Positions 44,913 to 53,035 of a DNA stretch of 64,000 nucleotides are shown one piece after another (the first letter of the stretch is position 1; the number at the start of each line of letters is the position of its first letter). The notes beneath the pieces are model-generated. The model did not search any database. It was given only the letters and a program-made list of their open reading frames with translations, and had not been told where the DNA came from. The stretch is from Candidatus Nanoarchaeia archaeon. Lineage in GTDB: Archaea; Nanobdellota; Nanobdellia; SCGC-AAA011-G17; GW2011-AR20. The stretch is from the NCBI GenBank assembly GCA_035288805.1, contig DATDZG010000023.1:15669-79668 (forward strand), read 5' to 3'. Both the position numbers and the translations under genes were made by a program.

Positions 44913-45680
44913 TGCATTAAGCTCAGCATCTATAACAGATTTAAAGTTTGCAAAGGGCATTGCACCACTTACCAATTTCCCATTGATAATAAACCCAGGA
45001 GTCCCGCTAATTCCTGCTCTTTGCCCATCCTGTTCATCCTTCTGAGTTTCCTGTGCATACTTCCCAGTATCTAAGCAGTCATTAAACTTCTTAGTATCCA
45101 ACTTCAAATCTACAGCATACTTCTTCAAATCAGTTACAGCGATGCTTTGTTGATTCTTAAACATCAAATCATGCATCTCCCAGAATTTGCCTTGCTCATC
45201 AGCACACTCAGAAGCCTCAGCAGCTTTCTGTGCATTTTCATGGAAACTCAATGGAAAATCTCTGTAAACAAATTTAACTTTTCCAGTATCAATATAATTC
45301 TTTTTTATATCAACATAAGCCCCTTCTTCAAATCTTGCACAAAAAGGGCATTGATAATCTGAAAATTCTATCATAACAACTTTAGCATCTTTATTTCCAA
45401 GATAGGGGTCATCATCAGCAAGTTCTTTGGCATTCACAGTTGCAATTCCTGTAGGCAAACCAGAAGGCGCAGGACTTGGACTAGGACTTGGTGAAGGCGA
45501 TGGAGCATATCCTGATGGTGCTGCATCTTTTACAATTCCAAATCCAGAAGTAAATATACTAACAACCAATAATAATCCTAATATCCCGGAAACAATCATC
45601 CATAATGTTGATTTGCTTATTTCAACAGTCCCAGAATCCTTTTGATGATGATGTTCATGATGTTCGTGTTGATCACTCAT
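44910..45680 (-). CDS. membrane-anchored DsbA-like thiol:disulfide oxidoreductase (CPFC) with His-rich N-terminus and (SP)n linker
   Basis: MSDQHEHHEHHH…, TM, PSPSPSPSPSP linker, …FSDYQCPFCARF…. Confidence 0.65.
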   Translation of the reverse strand: MSDQHEHHEHHHQKDSGTVEISKSTLWMIVSGILGLLLVVSIFTSGFGIVKDAAPSGYAPSPSPSPSPSPAPSGLPTGIATVNAKELADDDPYLGNKDAKVVMIEFSDYQCPFCARFEEGAYVDIKKNYIDTGKVKFVYRDFPLSFHENAQKAAEASECADEQGKFWEMHDLMFKNQQSIAVTDLKKYAVDLKLDTKKFNDCLDTGKYAQETQKDEQDGQRAGISGTPGFIINGKLVSGAMPFANFKSVIDAELNA

Positions 45681-45803
45681 AATAACCCCTCCATTAAGAT
45701 TTTATAATGAATTTAACGATTGTTTATTAACTTTTCGCTTCCCGTGTTAAAATCTAAAGAATCTTTAGGTAACCTTTAAAATCTGTGAATCTTGTAAGTT
45801 TAT

Positions 45804-46352
45804 ATGAAAATTGAATGGAAAGAAGTTAATATCAAAGGCAGAAAGATAAAAGCTCTCTTAACAATAAAAGAATCTGCAGATAGGGAGCTTCTTAAAGGAT
45901 TATACTTTGATTGGAAAAATGTTAACGACAGGCTAAAAAATATTTCTACAAGGGGGATAAATCTTCCAGAAGCTATAAGTGAAAATGCTTTTGCACTGTT
46001 CTTTCCAGCCTGCATAAGGGTTGTAAAACTTAAAGGAATGAAATGCTCTTTTGACTGCATCAATATAAAAACAGGCTCAAGAATTCAGATTAAAGCTTCG
46101 AGCGTGGCTTCTGATTTAACTTCTTTTGGACCTCGTTCTGAATGGGATGAACTCTTCTTTCTGGATTTTTCAGAAGGTGATGGCTCATTCAAAGTATATG
46201 AAATAAAGCCTGATTGGATTTACAAGCATAAAGTAAATAAGAGCCAAACTTTTGAAGAGCAGCAAAAACAAAACAGAAGACCAAGATTTTCTATAACTGA
46301 AAATATAATAAATTTAAAGAAACTAAAGCCGATAAAAATCTGCAGACTATAA
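45804..46352 (+). CDS. hypothetical protein; by position the candidate restriction endonuclease of the m5C R-M module
   Basis: 182-aa ORF translationally coupled (TAATG) to vsr and convergent with the MTase. No family recognised by eye. Confidence 0.35.
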   Translation: MKIEWKEVNIKGRKIKALLTIKESADRELLKGLYFDWKNVNDRLKNISTRGINLPEAISENAFALFFPACIRVVKLKGMKCSFDCINIKTGSRIQIKASSVASDLTSFGPRSEWDELFFLDFSEGDGSFKVYEIKPDWIYKHKVNKSQTFEEQQKQNRRPRFSITENIINLKKLKPIKICRL

Positions 46353-46702
46353 TGCCCGACACTCTTACTCCCCAGCAAAGAAGTTATTGTATGTCTAAAA
46401 TAAAATCAAAAAATACTTCTTTAGAATTAAGATTAAAAAAGAGTCTGCATAATTTTGAATATCAGCCAAAAATCTTTGGAAACCCAGATTTTATTTATTT
46501 TAAAAAGAAAATCGTTCTATTTATAGACGGGTGTTTTTGGCATATGTGCCCAAAACATTTCATAAAGCCGAAAACCAATAAAAGTTATTGGATGCCAAAA
46601 CTAAAAAGAAATGTGGTCAGAGACAAAGAGATACGCATTGCTTATAAGATTGCTGGCTGGAAAGTAATTAGTGTTTGGGAGCATGAATTAAATAAGCATT
46701 AA
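46352..46702 (+). CDS. vsr: very-short-patch-repair (Vsr) endonuclease
   Basis: …FIDGCFWHMCPKH…WEHEL… are Vsr hallmarks. Confidence 0.8.
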   Translation: MPDTLTPQQRSYCMSKIKSKNTSLELRLKKSLHNFEYQPKIFGNPDFIYFKKKIVLFIDGCFWHMCPKHFIKPKTNKSYWMPKLKRNVVRDKEIRIAYKIAGWKVISVWEHELNKH

Positions 46703-47684
46703 GTTCCTTGCCCTCAAAACAAGACTCACCCTCTAAAACTTTTCTTATATTCTCAGCAATTCTTGCAACTACAGGCACTGTTACACTATTTCCAGCCTGA
46801 TGATAAAGTTCGCTGTCTGGGAGCTCTTTAGGAAGTATAAATCTTTTTGGAAATCCCTGCAATAAGAAACATTCCCTGGGTGTTAATTTTCTTATTCCTT
46901 TATGATTCTTTATTATCGGAACATTGTGTCCTCCTCTGCCCATGTTTGCAGTAAGAGTAGGAACAACTCCTTTTTTGTTCACTCTAACATACTTTCTTCT
47001 CCATTGGTAAACAGTATGTTCTGAGTTAATATCTTGTTTAATCCTAGCATACAAAGGCTTATCATTATAATAATACTTATCTTCAGCTTCATTCTTTACA
47101 TAATCTCTAAAAGAGTTTGTTAAGGGGATAGGCTTCGGAAAAGAAAAATTGTTAGTTTTATCCTCATCCAAGAAACCAACAATGAATATTCTTTCCCTAT
47201 TTTGAGGGATATTGCCATAAGTCATACTGTTTAGAACTTCTGATTTAATATGATAGCCAAGGTTCTTAAGAATTCTCTCTATAACTAAAAATGTTCTGCC
47301 CTGGTCATGATTTTTTAGGTTTTTAACATTCTCCAAAAAAATAGCTTTTGGTTTCTTCACCTTCAATATTTCAGCAATCCTAAAGAAAAGGTTTCCTCCG
47401 ACTTTTTCATCCTTGAAACCTCCCCGATATCCTGCGATACTAAACGCCTGGCAGGGAAACCCTGCAAGAAGCACATCAAAATCAGGCAATTCAGGAATAT
47501 CAATCTTATTTATATCTTCATTATTAAGTTTTGCACTCTCAAAATTTAAATCATAAGTCAATTTGCAGTTCTTATCTTGGTCATTAGCAAAGATAGTGGT
47601 AAATCCCTGCTCCTCAAAACCTAACCTCACACCTCCAACACCAGCAAAGAAATCTGCAGTTCTAAATCCCTCTCTTTCTACCAT
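46668..47684 (-). CDS. DNA (cytosine-5)-methyltransferase
   Basis: Motif I FFAGVGG, motif IV GFPCQAFS, ENV, QxRxR. Confidence 0.85.
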   Translation of the reverse strand: MVEREGFRTADFFAGVGGVRLGFEEQGFTTIFANDQDKNCKLTYDLNFESAKLNNEDINKIDIPELPDFDVLLAGFPCQAFSIAGYRGGFKDEKVGGNLFFRIAEILKVKKPKAIFLENVKNLKNHDQGRTFLVIERILKNLGYHIKSEVLNSMTYGNIPQNRERIFIVGFLDEDKTNNFSFPKPIPLTNSFRDYVKNEAEDKYYYNDKPLYARIKQDINSEHTVYQWRRKYVRVNKKGVVPTLTANMGRGGHNVPIIKNHKGIRKLTPRECFLLQGFPKRFILPKELPDSELYHQAGNSVTVPVVARIAENIRKVLEGESCFEGKELNAYLIHAPKH

Positions 47685-47706
47685 TTAAACATATAATATC
47701 TATCTG

Positions 47707-47747
47707 TTTATAAATCTGACCCAGGCGTCTGTCGTCTGTCTGTTGTT
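47707..47747 (-). promoter_or_regulatory. TATA box (TTTATAAA) 22-23 nt upstream of the MTase ATG, plus upstream motif AACAACAGACAGACGACA (shared with 42110-42126)
   Basis: See the pairwise alignment in findings. Confidence 0.45.
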
Positions 47748-47810
47748 TAAGAAATATATTTCACAAAATATATTTCTTAGACGCCAAATTCCAAAGGAAT
47801 TTAAGCGTTC
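47748..47810 (-). repeat. Family-A element, copy 4 (minus orientation), 3' of the P-type ATPase gene
   Basis: rc is gaacgcttaaattcc-tttgga-atttggcgtc + hairpin aagaaatatat/atatatttctt. Confidence 0.5.
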
Positions 47811-47849
47811 ATAAAATTTTAGTGTTTTCTAGGATATAAACAAATCATT

Positions 47850-50447
47850 CTAATCAAACTGTCCAGTCGTCTTTCTAATCAAGCTCCCACCCAATAATCC
47901 AACAACGAATATAACCAGCCCAGCAATAATAATTTCCAACCAGTCAATCAAAGGCAATCCAACAACCCCAAAATACTTGGATAAAACGGTATACAACAAA
48001 ACAAATTGAAGTCCAACACTAACAACAATAGCCAAAATCAAATGCTTATTAGAAAACATTCCCAATCCATATTGGCTTCTTATAATCTGCAATCTCACCA
48101 TCTCAAAAACAACAATAGCTGTAAATGCCATAGTCTGAGCTTTAACCCCATCCTCAATATTATACCAAAATAATCCTAAAACAACAACAGTCAACAAAAC
48201 ACCAATAAACATAATATTCAATCCAAGATTCTTTGAAATAATCCTCTCTTCAGGGTCTCGAGGTTTTCTCTCCATAATCCCTTTCATAACAGGGTCAACA
48301 CCCAAAGCTAAAGCAGGCAAACCATCGGTAACCAAATTAATCCATAGTAAATGTATCGCAATAAAAGGTATTATTATCTCACTATTAAACTTAAACCCAA
48401 TTAAAATAGCAAAAAATATAATCAAAACCTCAGCAAGATTACAGCTCAATAAATAATTAATAAACTTCTTAATATTATCATAAATCCCTCTGCCTTCTTC
48501 AACAGCAGCAACAATAGATGCAAAATTATCATCAAGCAAAACCATATCGCAGGCTTCCTTGGCAACATCAGTTCCAGAACCAACAGCAATCCCAATATCA
48601 GCCCTCTTCAAAGCAGGCGCATCGTTCACCCCATCACCAGTCATCGCAACAATATGCCCATTACTTTTCAAAGCCTCCAAAATCTTCACTTTATGTCCAG
48701 GGTTAACACGAGCAAAAACATTAACCCTTCTAACTCTATCCCTAAACACCTCAATACCAATCTTATCAATCTCCTCTCCAGTCATCGCCTCCCCATCAAG
48801 TCCAATATTCTTAGCAATTGCAAGAGCAGTTAGCTTATGGTCCCCAGTAATCATCACAACCCTTATCCCAGCTTTTTTGCAAGTCAAAATAGCGTCCTTA
48901 ACTTCACTCCTTTCAGGGTCAATCATCCCCATCAATCCAAGAAAAACCAATTCGCTGTCTTCTTTATCAAAAGCCAGCCCAATCACTCTTAAAGCACTCC
49001 CAGCCATCTGCTCGTTAACAAGAAGCAAATGCTTTCTTTCACTCGGAGTAATAACTTTATACCTTCCATTCTCATAGACATACTTGCATTTGTTAATCAA
49101 CAGTTCAGGTGCAGACTTAACAAATCTGTATCTCTTTCTTCCAACCATATTAAAAGTAGTCATCGTCTTGCTCTCAGAAGTAAAAGGAATCTCCTTAATC
49201 CTCTCATAATCCAAATTAACTCCTGCTTTCTTTGCAGCAATCAATAAAGCAAGATCAGTAGGGTCCCCCCTTACAGTTCCATCTTCATAAACAGAAGAAT
49301 TATTGCATAATTTCGCACAAAGCATAAGCATCTCAATCTCTTTAACATTAATCTTCTTGCCATGATTTGTAAACTCTCCTTCTAATCTATACCCCTCGCC
49401 AGAAACATCAATCATTTTATCATTAGCATAAATCTTCTTAACAGTCATCTGATTTTTGGTTAAAGTTCCTGTCTTATCAGCACATATAACAGTTGTACTT
49501 CCTAAAGTTTCAACAGAATTTAATTTTCTAACCAAAACATTTTTCTTAAGCATCTTCTGCACACCCAAAGCCAAAGTAATAGTTACAATAGCAGGAAGAC
49601 CTTCAGGTATAGCAGCAACAGCCAAACTCACAGCAACCAAAAACCCATCAAACAGTTCATGCCCTCTCAAAACAAAAATTCCAAAAATAACCAATATCAA
49701 AAGTGTAACAGCAATACTAATCTTCTTCCCAAGTTGTTCTAACTTAATCTCAAGAGGAATTTTCTTATCAGTTTGCTCTTGAAGCATTTTGGCAATATTA
49801 CCCATCTCAGTTTTCATCCCAGTTGAAATCACAATTGCTTTCCCTTTACCAGCAACCACAATTGTTCCAGAAAACAGCATGTTCTTCCTATCTGCAACCT
49901 CCTTCCCGCCTTTCAACAAACAAACCTCTTTTTCAACAGGCACACTCTCCCCAGTCAATAAGCTCTCATCAACTCTTACCTCCAAAGAATCTAATAAATA
50001 ACAGTCAGCAATAATCTTCTTCCCAGCTTCAAAAACAAATACATCTCCAGGAACAACATCTTCAGAATCAACATCGACAAGTTTATTGTCTCTAAGAACA
50101 GCTGCCTTAGGACTTGAAAGTTTTTGCAATAATTCTATTGACTTTTCAGCTTTAAACTCTTGAAAAAATCCAAGAGCAGCGTTCAAAATAATTATAGCTC
50201 CAATAACAACAGCATCAACCCACCCCCCGATAATCAGACTTAAAATCAGGGCAGCAATCATGATATAAACAATAAAACTTTTAAACTGCCTAAGAAATAT
50301 TTTTATCCAGTTAAATTTGTTAGTTCTTTCCAGAACATTCTTTCCATAAACAATTAATCTTTTGCCAGCTTCCTCGCTTGATAATCCATTTATAGAACTA
50401 TGAACCTGCTCCAAAACCTGGTTGGGCGGCAAATTGTAAACAGCCAT
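47850..50447 (-). CDS. P-type cation-transporting ATPase (type II, Ca2+-ATPase-like)
   Basis: 865 aa with DKTGTLT, TGDGVNDAPAL and 10 TM helices. Confidence 0.85.
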   Translation of the reverse strand: MAVYNLPPNQVLEQVHSSINGLSSEEAGKRLIVYGKNVLERTNKFNWIKIFLRQFKSFIVYIMIAALILSLIIGGWVDAVVIGAIIILNAALGFFQEFKAEKSIELLQKLSSPKAAVLRDNKLVDVDSEDVVPGDVFVFEAGKKIIADCYLLDSLEVRVDESLLTGESVPVEKEVCLLKGGKEVADRKNMLFSGTIVVAGKGKAIVISTGMKTEMGNIAKMLQEQTDKKIPLEIKLEQLGKKISIAVTLLILVIFGIFVLRGHELFDGFLVAVSLAVAAIPEGLPAIVTITLALGVQKMLKKNVLVRKLNSVETLGSTTVICADKTGTLTKNQMTVKKIYANDKMIDVSGEGYRLEGEFTNHGKKINVKEIEMLMLCAKLCNNSSVYEDGTVRGDPTDLALLIAAKKAGVNLDYERIKEIPFTSESKTMTTFNMVGRKRYRFVKSAPELLINKCKYVYENGRYKVITPSERKHLLLVNEQMAGSALRVIGLAFDKEDSELVFLGLMGMIDPERSEVKDAILTCKKAGIRVVMITGDHKLTALAIAKNIGLDGEAMTGEEIDKIGIEVFRDRVRRVNVFARVNPGHKVKILEALKSNGHIVAMTGDGVNDAPALKRADIGIAVGSGTDVAKEACDMVLLDDNFASIVAAVEEGRGIYDNIKKFINYLLSCNLAEVLIIFFAILIGFKFNSEIIIPFIAIHLLWINLVTDGLPALALGVDPVMKGIMERKPRDPEERIISKNLGLNIMFIGVLLTVVVLGLFWYNIEDGVKAQTMAFTAIVVFEMVRLQIIRSQYGLGMFSNKHLILAIVVSVGLQFVLLYTVLSKYFGVVGLPLIDWLEIIIAGLVIFVVGLLGGSLIRKTTGQFD

Positions 50448-50533
50448 CTCTCAACTAAAGAAAAGTGCTATTTAAATCTTGTTCTTTCCAAAGGCTTTTA
50501 CATTCTTAGTTTCTTTTGCCTTAAGTATTTTTT

Positions 50534-50625
50534 CTATCTGCTTTTTCTTTTCCCAATGGTTTTTCTATCTGCTTTTTCTTTTCCCAAGGGTTTTTCTATC
50601 TGCTTTTTCTTTTCCCAAGGGTTTT
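50534..50625. repeat. tandem array, 3 x ~31 nt (CTATCTGCTTTTTCTTTTCCCAAKGGTTTTT), ending in a ctttttgcaaaaag hairpin; member of the T-rich tttcttttccc[ga]agggttt repeat family
   Basis: Direct reading. Related copies at 17390-17435, 37305-37425 and 59018-59170. No spacers, so not CRISPR. Confidence 0.6.
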
Positions 50626-50646
50626 CTTTTTGCAAAAAGAAAAGGC

Positions 50647-51327
50647 TTATATGAATCTTCTCATAAAAGCCGAATAATTCCTCTTCAGAGAATAACCAAG
50701 AGCAATAAAAACCAATGAAAATCCAGCTGTAATCAGTAATATTCTTAAAAAAATAGCGAAGAAAAATTCTCTTGGAAACATCATTATCAAATTGCTATTC
50801 CCAGGCAGCAGCCATAGCTCATTATCAAAACTAAATAAATGAAATTCAGTAAACAGCCAGCTAAAGTTAAATAACGCAATTGCCGCAGCAATCAGCACAA
50901 TACAAAGAGTAATCACTCCTGAAAAAATAAAATCATACGATATATCTTTTTTCTCAACAAGTAAATAAATCAAAATCAAAAAAGAAGCTCCCAAAGCAAG
51001 ATAAAAAACTCCAAAAGCATTATCCAAAATTCCTTTAACATCCCCAAGATGCTTTTTCTCATTCAAAGTAAAAAAACCGGTTTTCAATTCATTATTCCCT
51101 TGAAAATAACCCATAAGCTCATTAAAATTATTATTAACATTCTCCCTGCCTAATCTCTCATAACCCCCATTCTTCTCGAATTGGTTAAAATAAAACTCTT
51201 TATCAAAATACATTATTGAAAAACTGGAAAGAAAAATAATTAATACCAAACTTAAAATAAACAGCCAATGTAAAATTCTCATATCATTTAAAAAGTGTAT
51301 AGAAATAAAAGCTTTGTTATTATTCAC
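50647..51327 (-). CDS. polytopic membrane protein (hypothetical)
   Basis: 226 aa, 5-6 TM helices. Overlaps the downstream Trx-like gene by 8 nt. Confidence 0.45.
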   Translation of the reverse strand: MNNNKAFISIHFLNDMRILHWLFILSLVLIIFLSSFSIMYFDKEFYFNQFEKNGGYERLGRENVNNNFNELMGYFQGNNELKTGFFTLNEKKHLGDVKGILDNAFGVFYLALGASFLILIYLLVEKKDISYDFIFSGVITLCIVLIAAAIALFNFSWLFTEFHLFSFDNELWLLPGNSNLIMMFPREFFFAIFLRILLITAGFSLVFIALGYSLKRNYSAFMRRFI

Positions 51328-51709
51328 TTATCAATGCACATCCAGAAACCTGTGATAAAACTTCCAAACTCTGAGGTCCTTCCAAAAACTTCCATTCAGG
51401 AGTAATCCATGTAGGATAACCTTTAATCCCAACCCTATCGCATTCTTTTGGATTTCCTCCAGATCCTCGAGCATCGCATTCAATATAAGTAATGTATTTA
51501 TAAGAACTCCCAAACAATTTCTTCTGCTCCAAACAATGAGGGCACCAATAAGCCCCATACTCTTTAAACCCTTTCTCAGTCAAACACTTGGCAAAATCAT
51601 CATATTTTCCATCTCCAAAAGAATTCTTAACAACCGCAATTGTAATAATAGATAAAAAGAATATTACAACAATAAAAAGGATAATCCAAGTGCCTCTTCC
51701 AGCCATCAC
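51320..51709 (-). CDS. membrane-anchored thioredoxin-like protein (CPHC)
   Basis: N-terminal TM, …YWCPHCLEQKKLF…. Confidence 0.6.
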   Translation of the reverse strand: MMAGRGTWIILFIVVIFFLSIITIAVVKNSFGDGKYDDFAKCLTEKGFKEYGAYWCPHCLEQKKLFGSSYKYITYIECDARGSGGNPKECDRVGIKGYPTWITPEWKFLEGPQSLEVLSQVSGCALISE

Positions 51710-51750
51710 TCTAAGAGAAAAAAGAGGTATATAAACATTGTTCTTTTACC

Positions 51751-53034
51751 TCAGGATTTATGTCTATATCTAAAATAAATCCCTATTATAACAATAAGCA
51801 AAACTAAAATTCCCAAAAATACCCAAAGGCTTGTTTTTCCAGATACAGCAGCCTCGCCAGAAAGAAGTGTTGTAGTACTCCCTTCTAATCTCGCTTTTGT
51901 TTCCTCAGCAGCCAAAGCTTTCGCCCCTTCCTCAAGTTTATTAAATTTCAGGTTAGCACTTTGACCCAAAACTCCCAGCAGAGTAACACTCATATCATTC
52001 AACCCATCATCATTCAAATCAACATTAACAGTCTCACCGATTTTAACAACTATAGTTTTTGGAGTTGACTGAATAATTAAAGTCACGCTATCTTCTTGAA
52101 CATTGCTCAACGTAACAGTATGTTTAGTCACCCCATCAAAGCTCAAACTCAATACTTGTCCAGAAAGAGTTTTGAAAGTAAGCTCATCAAGCGAGGAAAA
52201 ATCAATATCAAACCCAGTATCTTCTTCTGCTTTCGCTTCTCCACTCGCACTTCCGCCTCCTCCACCCCCACTGCTCCCTCCTGCTGCACCAGCAACAGTG
52301 GTAGTAGTAACAGGATTAAGATTGGTCACACTGCCAGCACTGCTGTCAGAAGTTGTAACAGAACCAGTAGCACCAGAAGCAGTGATAGTGTAAGTGCAAT
52401 GATTATTGCCCATAAGCACCTTCCATGTGTGGCTTCCTTGATTATTATGATTCAATGCTCCAATAGAAACACTGTTGCTTTCCCCTGATTTCAAATTGCA
52501 ATTATCAACATCAGCCTCTACAGTTACACCATCAAGATTTCCTCCAGCAGTAACACTTGCCTGCAAGTCAAATTCATCATTTTGATTTCCAGAACTTAAA
52601 GAAGAACTAATAGCCAAAGTCTTGATATCAACAACATTAACAGTCGTATCAACAACAAATGTATCAATAACTCCATCTAGGTTGATATTATCAAACATCT
52701 TCAAACCCGCAACATTTGGTGTTAATCCTGTGAAACTAACAACAGTAGAAGCACCAGCACTAACGCTTGTTTCAAACCCACTTCCAGAATAACTGGAACT
52801 TTCAAGCCAGTTTCCTTCAGGGTACAGAACAGGAGAGTTCAAATTAGCTGTTGATTGATCTGGGTTATTAACAGTGGCTTGGCAAGAAATAGAAACAAGA
52901 TTGTCCACGACAACAGTTCCTATCTGGTCGTTGCAGGAAAAAGCTGTAACCTGTAAAGACCCTTCAACAAATCCAGGAAGAAAAAGCACAGCTAGAAAAA
53001 CAAATACAAATCCCAGCACATATCTTTTTTCCAT
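51751..53034 (-). CDS. cell-surface protein with signal peptide, S/T/G-rich regions and C-terminal TM anchor
   Basis: 427 aa. C-terminal …WVFLGILVLLIVIIGIYFRYRHKS. Starts 1 nt after the giant ORF's stop. Confidence 0.6.
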   Translation of the reverse strand: MEKRYVLGFVFVFLAVLFLPGFVEGSLQVTAFSCNDQIGTVVVDNLVSISCQATVNNPDQSTANLNSPVLYPEGNWLESSSYSGSGFETSVSAGASTVVSFTGLTPNVAGLKMFDNINLDGVIDTFVVDTTVNVVDIKTLAISSSLSSGNQNDEFDLQASVTAGGNLDGVTVEADVDNCNLKSGESNSVSIGALNHNNQGSHTWKVLMGNNHCTYTITASGATGSVTTSDSSAGSVTNLNPVTTTTVAGAAGGSSGGGGGGSASGEAKAEEDTGFDIDFSSLDELTFKTLSGQVLSLSFDGVTKHTVTLSNVQEDSVTLIIQSTPKTIVVKIGETVNVDLNDDGLNDMSVTLLGVLGQSANLKFNKLEEGAKALAAEETKARLEGSTTTLLSGEAAVSGKTSLWVFLGILVLLIVIIGIYFRYRHKS

Positions 53035-53035
53035 C

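Noticed and set aside
50534-50625. Possible CRISPR array
   Set aside because: Units are directly adjacent with no spacers (31-nt period x3) and no cas genes nearby. Tandem repeat, not CRISPR.
50400-50718. ORFs 50400-50654 and 50479-50718 with internally repeated peptide (…FFYLLFLFP…VFLSAFSFPKGF…)
   Set aside because: They are simply translations of the 31-nt tandem T-rich repeat array. They have no start context or coding-like composition.
50647-51327. VKOR/DsbB-like identity for the membrane protein adjacent to the CPHC thioredoxin
   Set aside because: No CxxC or paired cysteines in the sequence, so the quinone-oxidoreductase assignment is unsupported.
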